Below, in pieces: positions 17,649 through 26,229 of a stretch of DNA of 61,875 nt. Location of the stretch: positions 1 to 61,875 of IMG/VR virus record IMGVR_UViG_3300021197_000785. One strand, written 5' to 3'. The stretch's first letter is position 1; every line of letters starts with the position of its first letter. The position numbers were made by a program, and so were the translations under genes. Source of the DNA: a virus. Taxonomy: Duplodnaviria > Caudoviricetes. Under the pieces are notes generated by a model, which ran no database searches, was not told the DNA's origin, and saw only the letters and a list, made by a program, of their open reading frames with translations.

Positions 17649-20600
17649 CGTTCTGCTCTTTTTGTTGCTGGATCCACGCTAGAGCTTTTCTGTTCTTAGG
17701 TGGAGTGTTTAAAAATCTCTGTGTCTCAACGTACACTTTATCAAAGTTTTTCTGTCTATCAATGTCTTCTAATCCTCCACTGTTGTCAATGATATGGAAA
17801 CGATCTGCACCAAAAATCTGCTGAAATTGCATTAAGTTTTGTTGTACGTTATTCCACATTTTTTCTACTTCTGCAGGTTTTAAACTGCGTTCTCTTTGCT
17901 TGTTGCGTTGTTGTGCAACTTCTAGGCTTGTGTTTACATATATCATACTAGTTTCATAACCAATGGCTTTTAGTTTTTGTGCCATAATTTGATACTTACT
18001 AACATCTTTGCCTGTGCCGTCAATAATCAAACCTAAACGTCCATCCAAGTAAGTTGCTTCGCGCCTACGGGATAAACCTTTTGCTCGATCACGGATCTCT
18101 TGGCCCTGGGGTGAATAGATAGTCTCAGGATCCAGAGAAAGACCCTGCTTATTCATTAAGTATTCATATACTTCATCGCTATTAATGCTACGCAATCCTG
18201 TGCCACCTAGTATGTTTTTAGCAACAAAACTTTTGCCAGCGCCTGGACCACCTGCTAGGAACACTGCTTTAAAGATGTGTGGGTCGTTTACGCCTTCGTC
18301 AACTTGTGCTTCTTGCACTGGCTCTTTCATTAAACTAGCAATTTGCTTTGCTAACTTGCTATTACGAGGAGCATCAGGCAGATCTGTCATTCTTAGTTTA
18401 CGAACTTCTGCAATCCGTGTGCCTTCATTTTTTTCAAATCTGCTAACAACTTCTTCTTGTGTGCCAGGACCATCAAAGTCATACATTGTATTGCCTTTTT
18501 GCACCACTGCATGATCAGCAGTTCCGTCATTGCGTACCAATGCCATAAGTTCGCCGCCGTGTATTAACTGTAATGCTTGCGCCACAACAACACAGCCTCC
18601 ATCAAATGGTCCAGCACCAATATTATCTAATAGCAGTTCATATACTTTGTCACTTGCGTCCTCGTCTACTTTATCCTTATCAAAGTAACCCTTAAATTTA
18701 TTTTTAATCTTATCATACATACTAGGTTCGTCAGGATCTTTTTTCTTATATCTATCACCTAGTCCAATTAGATCTGCAATGCGCTTGTCTGCGTCTGCTT
18801 CTTCTTTAGTTGGCTTACCATGTTTGTTATGTTGTGCCCATGCTATTGCATAAGGTGCACCTGGATCATCAAATTTCTTTTTTAGTTTTCTTACTTGTTT
18901 TTCTCTACCCGGAGGTGCTTCCTCAGTTTTTTTCTTTTTGCCTGCGCAGTGTGCTTTTTGCGAGAAACCTTTTGGATTGCTGCAGTTTATACTCTTTTTA
19001 TATTTTGCACTCCAGCCTTCTACTGGAAACTCTCTGTTAGGAGTCTTAAAATCTTTCTTACGCATAACAGTTTTAGCAATTAAGTCTAGTTCATTGTTGT
19101 CTTTGTCATACTGTAGTGCAAACGGCAAGTTAATATCTGTTTGCAAGTCTTTCATTACTGCTTCTTGTCCAGGTCCCATTTGCGCAATAGGCTTGCCGTA
19201 ACGTTTAAACTCTTGCTTAAACAGTCTAGTAAGTTCCGCCATTGTAATAGGCTTTACGTTACGAGCATCATTTACACGATCTAAGAAGTGACGTGTGAAC
19301 TCTACATCAATGCCTACTTTAGCAAACAGTTTGTCTGCAAACGTTTCTAGTTGATCTAAGTCAACAGAGGTAATTGCTTCGTTTGTTACTTTAGTCCAAT
19401 TGTTTGCATCCGCTAATAGAGATTGCGCATATTCTAAATAGTCATGATCATCTGCAATACTATATTCTTGTGGTTGGATAAAACTAATAGACTTGTCAGG
19501 GTTTACTCTAACAGTGATATTTTCTTCATTGTGTTTATAGATTCCTGATTCAAGTGCGTGTCTTAAGTCTACATCTTCGTATTTTAGTTTACCTGGTGTA
19601 CTCTTTTTAATCTTAAGTGGGCGGTGTGGAAACAGTGTCATTACAAGTCCACTACTAAACGGAACACCAATACTACCACGCTCATATATGTCTTTGTAGT
19701 ATGTTTTTTCAAACTTGTTTACTAGGTCATATAGTTCGTAAGCAGGCAAGTTAACACGGAACACATTTAAGTCTGCGCCTGTGTTAATAGCAACTAGCCA
19801 TCTATGATGCCCGTCCATGATGTAGTCGTCGCTACTCGCAATAACTGCTTTTCTGTTTGGTCCTTGTTCAATGTTCTTCATTAACTGCTTCATAATGCCT
19901 TCGTCGCTAAACTCTTTTTGCATTGCTTTTAGGTCACGAGCAGGGATAGTTTCTTTGGTAAACTTAGCACCATTCTTTTGTAGATAGTCTATAAACTCTG
20001 CATAGTCATCGCTTTTTACTTGCGGCATTTCTTTACGCAGTACACCTAGTGTGTCTTTAGGATCTGGTTTTTCAATGCGTAGTTCATTCATCTTCTTAGT
20101 TTTTTTCTTCATAGCATTTATATAGCGTCTGTACACTGCGGCGGCACTTGATTTGCCTGCTGCTTTTGCACGTTGCTCCATTGCTATAGCGGCTTGTATC
20201 TTATGTGCATGTTTCTTGCCTGAACTTTTAATCTTACGCACACTGGCTTCTGCATCCTTAACTGTTGCAAATTTTAGTCCTTGTATTGTACCTTTTGGAT
20301 TCTCATCTGTGTATAGATCACTGTGCTTTTTGCTACCAGCCTTTTGTCCTTTTTTACGAGGTATGCGTTTGCCTTCTGCCATCATTAACGCACTTGTTGG
20401 AATAACACCTTTGTATGCCAGTGTGCTATCATCATCCATTACATTTGGATCATCATCTAGTTTATCCATGTCCAACTTGCTAGTATCAATAGCAAATACA
20501 ACAATATTATCAATGTATTCGTCTGGCACTTCTTCATTTGCTTCTGCATGACTTTCTGCTACTTCCGGATCTTTAGCAAGATATACATATCCTGGTTTAC

Positions 20601-20868
20601 TATCTTCCCACTGTTGCTGGGCACCTGCACCGCCTAGTCCGTTTTTCATAATACTGTCTACAAATGCTCCGTAGGTAGCATGATACAATACATCAGCATC
20701 CTCAGAGATGCCTAGGTTAAACAGTGTGTTAGGGTCACTGTTCTTTGCTGCAGTAGGATGTAACAAGCCAAGTTTTTTAGCCTGACGTTTTGTTTCGCCT
20801 GGTTTAACATCCTTGGTTGTATTCTGTGTGGTAATTATACCAACGCCTGCAACTTCGCCTAGTTTCAT
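17578..20868 (-). CDS. 1096-aa multi-domain (polyvalent) putative virion polyprotein: ART/Tpt1-like, basic helical, ParB-like, HFLDR domain, Cys-His-Asp peptidase-like, zeta-like P-loop kinase
   Basis: LYHAT...SIMKNGL...VYLA; MQKEF...DYIMDGHHRW; FTRHFLDRVND; GGCVVVA...DHAVV...YDFDG; FLAGGPGAGKS...IIDGTG...RNKQRER. Confidence 0.8.
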   Translation of the reverse strand: MKLGEVAGVGIITTQNTTKDVKPGETKRQAKKLGLLHPTAAKNSDPNTLFNLGISEDADVLYHATYGAFVDSIMKNGLGGAGAQQQWEDSKPGYVYLAKDPEVAESHAEANEEVPDEYIDNIVVFAIDTSKLDMDKLDDDPNVMDDDSTLAYKGVIPTSALMMAEGKRIPRKKGQKAGSKKHSDLYTDENPKGTIQGLKFATVKDAEASVRKIKSSGKKHAHKIQAAIAMEQRAKAAGKSSAAAVYRRYINAMKKKTKKMNELRIEKPDPKDTLGVLRKEMPQVKSDDYAEFIDYLQKNGAKFTKETIPARDLKAMQKEFSDEGIMKQLMKNIEQGPNRKAVIASSDDYIMDGHHRWLVAINTGADLNVFRVNLPAYELYDLVNKFEKTYYKDIYERGSIGVPFSSGLVMTLFPHRPLKIKKSTPGKLKYEDVDLRHALESGIYKHNEENITVRVNPDKSISFIQPQEYSIADDHDYLEYAQSLLADANNWTKVTNEAITSVDLDQLETFADKLFAKVGIDVEFTRHFLDRVNDARNVKPITMAELTRLFKQEFKRYGKPIAQMGPGQEAVMKDLQTDINLPFALQYDKDNNELDLIAKTVMRKKDFKTPNREFPVEGWSAKYKKSINCSNPKGFSQKAHCAGKKKKTEEAPPGREKQVRKLKKKFDDPGAPYAIAWAQHNKHGKPTKEEADADKRIADLIGLGDRYKKKDPDEPSMYDKIKNKFKGYFDKDKVDEDASDKVYELLLDNIGAGPFDGGCVVVAQALQLIHGGELMALVRNDGTADHAVVQKGNTMYDFDGPGTQEEVVSRFEKNEGTRIAEVRKLRMTDLPDAPRNSKLAKQIASLMKEPVQEAQVDEGVNDPHIFKAVFLAGGPGAGKSFVAKNILGGTGLRSINSDEVYEYLMNKQGLSLDPETIYSPQGQEIRDRAKGLSRRREATYLDGRLGLIIDGTGKDVSKYQIMAQKLKAIGYETSMIYVNTSLEVAQQRNKQRERSLKPAEVEKMWNNVQQNLMQFQQIFGADRFHIIDNSGGLEDIDRQKNFDKVYVETQRFLNTPPKNRKALAWIQQQKEQNDGQRSANTQQQNQQSDGGTTTTN

Positions 20869-21642
20869 TTATTTTGGCTCGTTTGTATTAATAATAGACA
20901 TAACTTTGTCTTGTGCTGCTTTTTTCATATTGATTAGCGGATCAGCAATGTTCTTATATACCCAACTGTTTTTGTTTACTTTGCCCTGTCTAGCATTATC
21001 AATTGCTCGTAGTACATCTTGTCCTACCTCAGTGCGTTTGAGTTTGTCAGTTGTTTGCCTAATACGATCATATACATCATTCTCTAATTCTTGACCAGGG
21101 CCGCGTGGTGGATTTAGATTTAACTTAGGATCTGTCATTTGTGCATAACGTTGTGCTTTGCCTTTATCTGTACTTGCAGGTTCCATAGGCTGTGGCTTAC
21201 GCTTTATTGGATTGTACATAGGCTTGCCAGCGTCAGGTAATCCTGCTACTGTTTTCTTTCCAAGGTTTGGTCCTGTAGCATATGCCTTAAATGCGTATGC
21301 ATTGGCATCTTTACCAGGCGCATACTCTGGCGCATATTTGTCCCGTAGTAATCTTAAATACAGTGTACCAATTTCAGCATTTTTATTTGCATCCTGTAAA
21401 TCATTCATAGTAAAGTTTGTGCCAAAATTAGCGTTGACATCATCCAGTGCAGGCTTGCGTACTTGCGCAATGCCAATTGCTTTATTTTTTAAGTGTTTAT
21501 CACCTACTTTAACATTGCCCTTGTTGTCTCTGTGCTGTTTATTAGATTCTTTGTCTAATCTCTTATTAAGAAGATCGGAACTTACACCTGCATCATTAGC
21601 AATCTTATCTATTTCCTGTTGTGTTAACTCGCTCAATCGCAT
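20869..21642 (-). CDS. Lytic transglycosylase (SLT)-like protein, putatively virion-associated
   Basis: KES catalytic Glu, AIGIAQV, NAEIGTLYLRLL, AY motif; N-terminus MRLSELTQQE. Confidence 0.65.
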   Translation of the reverse strand: MRLSELTQQEIDKIANDAGVSSDLLNKRLDKESNKQHRDNKGNVKVGDKHLKNKAIGIAQVRKPALDDVNANFGTNFTMNDLQDANKNAEIGTLYLRLLRDKYAPEYAPGKDANAYAFKAYATGPNLGKKTVAGLPDAGKPMYNPIKRKPQPMEPASTDKGKAQRYAQMTDPKLNLNPPRGPGQELENDVYDRIRQTTDKLKRTEVGQDVLRAIDNARQGKVNKNSWVYKNIADPLINMKKAAQDKVMSIINTNEPK

Positions 21643-23639
21643 TATGCTTTTCCTTTACCAAACAGTTGTTTGCGTTTCTTAAAATCATCTTTAAATTTAT
21701 TCACTACGTCAGTAAATACGTTTTCTTCTAGTCCAATATTCTTTCTACACCCGTCAATCATTTTCATAACTTCAAAATGTTCTGGACTACCTGGCTGACA
21801 CTGCATCTCTTTTTTATAAAGTTTCATTAGCAGTATACGACCTGGCTTGTGTTCATGTGCCATTGGATCACCACAGTGTTCGCCTAGTTCTTTTTCTTCA
21901 TTTTTTCTTGTGGCTTTTAATCCTTTTACTAATTGTTGATAACGCAAAAGTTCTATAAACGCCTTTTCGGCATCAGCCAATGAAGCACTTGGTTCCATAA
22001 CACTCAATCTGTCGCTGGTGTCTTTAGGTATACGGACTAAATCCTTGTCGCTTTCTTGTATATCTTTGTCAATGCCACGACTTGCTGTGCCACCACGCTT
22101 GCGCTGTTGTGCTAGTTCGCGATATGCTTCTTGAATGCCATTATTGTAGGTTGCTAACAGATCCATATAGCGATCAAAGTTGTCTTGTATTCCTTTAGCA
22201 TCTTTAACTTTAGCAAGGTTCGCAACAGTCATTGCCATTTCGCTAACTTCTTTAAGCGCACTGCTAATACTCATTGTACCAATACCGCGAATAGCAATAA
22301 CACTGTTCATCGGATCTTGTTTATTGAAGTCTGTAATTTCTTCATTGGCAGGTGTAAAATGTTCTCTGATACTTTCTGCGTAGTAAGGATTCTCTGGATC
22401 TGCATCTCCTGCTTTATCGGGCCACCATTCTAATGAAAACTTCATACCGCGCTTAAACATATCCTTCATTGAAAGAATACGTTTTTCATATTCTTCTTTT
22501 TCAGGCTTAGTTCTGCCATACACTACATCCAAGCAAAAATTTAGTGTTACAGCATTTGCAGTTAAACTTCCGCAACGTGCGCCAACTTCGTTCTTAAGGT
22601 GATCAATAAGTATACTTCCACTACACTTGGCAAGTTCATCACTGAGATCCTCATCAACTTCTAGATCAATATAACTGTAAACAAAATCATAGTGTGGTGC
22701 TGGTGATCCGTGCAGTATATATTCGTCTCTTACAACAATACGCTTGAATCCATCTTTATTATGCCAAACAGTTTGTTCATCAGTTGCTTCGTCAGGTTCG
22801 CCAAATGTTTTTTCCAAAAACTGGCTATAATCTGCTGCTTCTGGATGATCCCATTTACTATAATCTGCTTCTCGCACAATTTCATTTTCAGGCAGTGTGT
22901 GTCCACCTTCCATAATTGCTTGGTATAATGATTTTTTTCTTTGTTTCATATTAAGGTTCTCTACAAGTGTGTCAACTCTAATGCAGGCTTCTAAGATGTA
23001 GCAATCATCTGCACCCAACTCAATAAGTTGATCTAGTATTTGGTCTGCGCGAACAAGTTGTTCGTTAATTTTTTGTGACATAGTATTGTGTATTTTTGGA
23101 TCATACTGTCCAAATAAATCTGTAATCATTGCCTTTTGTGTTTCATTGTCTGCTTGTGCAAAGTTTGCTCTAAACTCACTGGCACTGCGCATAGGCTTGC
23201 CCAGCACATTAAACTGTAGTGTAGGCACTGTAACAATGTAGCCATGCTTGTCAAAGCCCTGCATGTCTTTGCTTGCTGGCTGATAATAACTTGGTTGTCC
23301 GTCTTTGCGAGGTTTGAATGAGAAGCGAGGATCTTCAGCCATGTCTTTGTCACTGACTGCAAACAACGCGATTGTGTTTTGGGGATCAAAGTTGTCTGTA
23401 ATTTCAGTTGCTTGGTATGGATTTTTTACTTGAACAACACGGCTTGGATCAACACCTGTTAGTGCCATCATTGCTCGCTTCTCATCAAATGTGAATGGGG
23501 ATTTTGGGGGATCTACCTTATTACTGGTAGCGATGTATACACGATTCTTACCGAAACGCTTTACAAGAGCATCGTAAACACTCTTATGACCTTTATGGAA
23601 CGGGTGAAAACGCCCCGGATAGATTACGACTGTATCCAT
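21642..23639 (-). CDS. Cytidylyltransferase-like (HxGH) N-terminal domain fused to further modules
   Basis: YPGRFHPFHKGH, SPFTFDEK, SASEFR; later segments bounded by INE, IME, VRE, IRE, IQE, LGE, LEE. Confidence 0.8.
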   Translation of the reverse strand: MDTVVIYPGRFHPFHKGHKSVYDALVKRFGKNRVYIATSNKVDPPKSPFTFDEKRAMMALTGVDPSRVVQVKNPYQATEITDNFDPQNTIALFAVSDKDMAEDPRFSFKPRKDGQPSYYQPASKDMQGFDKHGYIVTVPTLQFNVLGKPMRSASEFRANFAQADNETQKAMITDLFGQYDPKIHNTMSQKINEQLVRADQILDQLIELGADDCYILEACIRVDTLVENLNMKQRKKSLYQAIMEGGHTLPENEIVREADYSKWDHPEAADYSQFLEKTFGEPDEATDEQTVWHNKDGFKRIVVRDEYILHGSPAPHYDFVYSYIDLEVDEDLSDELAKCSGSILIDHLKNEVGARCGSLTANAVTLNFCLDVVYGRTKPEKEEYEKRILSMKDMFKRGMKFSLEWWPDKAGDADPENPYYAESIREHFTPANEEITDFNKQDPMNSVIAIRGIGTMSISSALKEVSEMAMTVANLAKVKDAKGIQDNFDRYMDLLATYNNGIQEAYRELAQQRKRGGTASRGIDKDIQESDKDLVRIPKDTSDRLSVMEPSASLADAEKAFIELLRYQQLVKGLKATRKNEEKELGEHCGDPMAHEHKPGRILLMKLYKKEMQCQPGSPEHFEVMKMIDGCRKNIGLEENVFTDVVNKFKDDFKKRKQLFGKGKA

Positions 23640-23661
23640 TGTTAATCCCTAAAACACAGTG

Positions 23662-23668
23662 TATTTAT
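23662..23668 (-). promoter_or_regulatory. Late promoter ATAAATA
   Basis: In the short intergenic gap upstream of 23639. Confidence 0.6.
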
Positions 23669-23671
23669 GCG

Positions 23672-24124
23672 TTAAAGGTTTTCCAATAACCAAATGTAAA
23701 TAGGTGTACTAAATTTTAGTGTAGTCTTGCCGTTCCACGCAAGTTTTGTAGACTCAAATCCATGTGTTGCATAACCTTCTGGATCAATTGGTTCATACTT
23801 AAATGTATCAGGATCTGTTAATTGAAAAAAGTCTAGTTCAATATCATCAAAACTAATATTGTTAATTTCAATACGCTTGTCTGCAACTGGCATGCCATCT
23901 TCGCCTAGCACAACATCATGTCTGGCATCTTTGTTATGATACTCAATGGTTAAAAAGTTTGTTGTATTATCTTCAATCTCAACGTCAATGTCAACCACAG
24001 TATCTCGTTCACAAATTTCCCCAAACTGTGGAAAGCCATTTAGACTAATGTTTACAAACGGATGCTCTTTGACTGCATCATGTGTAAAAATACTTAGATC
24101 GATCTTTATGTTAATTGTTTCCAT
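23672..24124 (-). CDS. Hypothetical protein
   Basis: 150 aa ending FSTPIYIWLLENL; beta-rich. Confidence 0.65.
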   Translation of the reverse strand: METINIKIDLSIFTHDAVKEHPFVNISLNGFPQFGEICERDTVVDIDVEIEDNTTNFLTIEYHNKDARHDVVLGEDGMPVADKRIEINNISFDDIELDFFQLTDPDTFKYEPIDPEGYATHGFESTKLAWNGKTTLKFSTPIYIWLLENL

Positions 24125-24758
24125 TATTAATTGCTCCTAAATCTGGCATAAATTTATGATAACCTGTGTGTGCAAGTGCTACTGTAGTATCTGCATACAC
24201 AGTGCCTCCTAGTTGCCTCCAACGTCTACAAAAACTCCAGTCCTCGGTGAGGTATTCTCCATTACTATCTATAGTGCAGTTGTAAAAATCATATGCTATA
24301 CCACCTGCATCTTTGTATTTGGCTGCACCACATTCTATCATTTTTTCAAATACTCCGCGCTTGATTAACATAAAACCAGTACCAATTGTGCCTACTTCCA
24401 GCAAGTTTCCCTGTCGTTTGCCTGTTTTAATTGTGTTCACAACCATGCGAGGCGGCAGTGTTTTTTGTGGATATATACCACCTACAATATCCACGTCATG
24501 GGACATAAGTTTAATAATACCTTCAGTGTTCCACTGTATGTCAGCATCAACAAACATTAGGTGTGTTGCATCTCCTGCGAGAAACTTTGCTGCACAACTG
24601 TTACGGGCTTTATTTACATTGCTTTCATTGGCAAGTGTATCTAAATCAAATGAAACTTTTTCCTTGACAGCAAATGCTGTCCATTGTAGATAACTGTTAA
24701 AGCATGCTTCTGTGATATTGCCACCATAGCAAGGTGTCATAAAATGTATTTTACCCAT
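24111..24758 (-). CDS. GT-A fold glycosyltransferase-like protein
   Basis: TPCYGG, HLMFVDADI (DxD), GTGFMLIKR, YLTEDWSFCRRW. Confidence 0.75.
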   Translation of the reverse strand: MGKIHFMTPCYGGNITEACFNSYLQWTAFAVKEKVSFDLDTLANESNVNKARNSCAAKFLAGDATHLMFVDADIQWNTEGIIKLMSHDVDIVGGIYPQKTLPPRMVVNTIKTGKRQGNLLEVGTIGTGFMLIKRGVFEKMIECGAAKYKDAGGIAYDFYNCTIDSNGEYLTEDWSFCRRWRQLGGTVYADTTVALAHTGYHKFMPDLGAINNGNN

Positions 24759-25962
24759 GATATTCCAGTTTGTTTAGTAAATTGTTTATCCTGTGTACTT
24801 TTGGCATTAGAAAATTCTTCTGATTATGTTCCAGTGTATCAGCAATTATAGTTTGTATACGCAAATGGTGTTTTTCACTTAGGGTACACAAATCAAAACT
24901 CATTTTTAACAAACTGCTCATGCGATCCTTGTGATCTTCTACAAGATCATAATCTTCTTTGATTACATCAGTAAACGTTTTATATCCAAGGCTTTCTAAA
25001 AGTCTTAAACTGCCTGGGTTGCCTATGATAATAAAAGGCTGTAAGTTAAGTATAGGCTTAAAAGTCTTTTCTGTCAAGAAGATTGTGTCATTGTCAAAGT
25101 GTGTTTCTACTACAAAGTTCCAGTATGCATTTTGGTAGTAGTCCTGATTAATCAACTTGTGATTGTTATGATCATCATCTGATAGTTCATCACATTTTAT
25201 AGGAGTTTTCATTTCAAAACTTAATAGGTCTTGTACTAGTGTATCATCATACTGTTCCCATTTGGATAAATCATCAACGCCTTTGTGACTTGTTTGATAT
25301 TTGTAACCTGTATAACTAAAATACCCAGTGTTAGTGACATCAAGCGAATGCAACATTGCTGCATATATTTTACGCCAGGATTTGTCAGCGCGGATTAAAC
25401 AAGTAAACCTTTTATCTCTAGTTTGTAAATTATGACTTTTTACATAATTATTTTCTATTACATGCAGGTATCTATAGTAAAGTTCATCATCTGGAAAGTA
25501 AACAAAAGGCAGTGTGTCTTTTAGTTTGTAATTTGCAATAACAAAACGTATACTATCCTTGCTTACATTGTGTGTGGCACACATACGATCTAAACTGTTG
25601 TTAATTTCTGGGTTAGGATTATCACCTTCACTGTAATAAAATAGAACACGAAAGTCTCCACTTTTAAAACGTTGTAGACTGCGTTTATCCATGAGTGCAA
25701 TGTAGTCTATGTCAGGGTCAAAAAAGTTTAAATTAATTGGATAGTATGCACTTGCTGTTCCTGTTATGTAATCATTTACTAGTGTGCAATGCTGCACTAC
25801 TCCGTCTAGTTTACAATATTTTAAGAAGCGGAACTCGTACGAAAAAGGTGGGTTAATACATAAGTCCCACCAAGCACTGGTATTGGGTTCCAGTGTTTCG
25901 TCTTTTATTAGGTTCGGAAGAAACCCATGCTGGTTCCTTTTATCGAACAACCATTGTATCAT
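24751..25962 (-). CDS. Hypothetical protein with glycosyltransferase-like C-terminus
   Basis: NFVVET...FLTEKTFKPI...PFIIIG...GYKTF motif, reminiscent of GT10-like nucleotide-sugar binding regions. Confidence 0.5.
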   Translation of the reverse strand: MIQWLFDKRNQHGFLPNLIKDETLEPNTSAWWDLCINPPFSYEFRFLKYCKLDGVVQHCTLVNDYITGTASAYYPINLNFFDPDIDYIALMDKRSLQRFKSGDFRVLFYYSEGDNPNPEINNSLDRMCATHNVSKDSIRFVIANYKLKDTLPFVYFPDDELYYRYLHVIENNYVKSHNLQTRDKRFTCLIRADKSWRKIYAAMLHSLDVTNTGYFSYTGYKYQTSHKGVDDLSKWEQYDDTLVQDLLSFEMKTPIKCDELSDDDHNNHKLINQDYYQNAYWNFVVETHFDNDTIFLTEKTFKPILNLQPFIIIGNPGSLRLLESLGYKTFTDVIKEDYDLVEDHKDRMSSLLKMSFDLCTLSEKHHLRIQTIIADTLEHNQKNFLMPKVHRINNLLNKLEYHG

Positions 25963-25974
25963 CGAATGTGGTCC

Positions 25975-26229
25975 TTATTGACCGGTTGCTTCTACTGTAA
26001 AATCTTCTATATGTGTTGCAAGACTATCTATTATTGCCTCTACAACACGCTCATCTAAATCTTCTGCTACGCTAAATTCTATGCTCTCACCTAGTTCTGT
26101 ACTATAATATGTTGCATCATTATCATCATCTTCCAAGCATACTGTTTCTGCAAACATGTTTACAGCCGTAGCAATTGTTTCCATTTGCTCGTCACTTAAA
26201 CTATTTGCTGTAAAACGAATGTAACTCAT
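25975..26229 (-). CDS. Small acidic hypothetical protein
   Basis: 84-aa ORF, TAATG coupling. Confidence 0.6.
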   Translation of the reverse strand: MSYIRFTANSLSDEQMETIATAVNMFAETVCLEDDDNDATYYSTELGESIEFSVAEDLDERVVEAIIDSLATHIEDFTVEATGQ

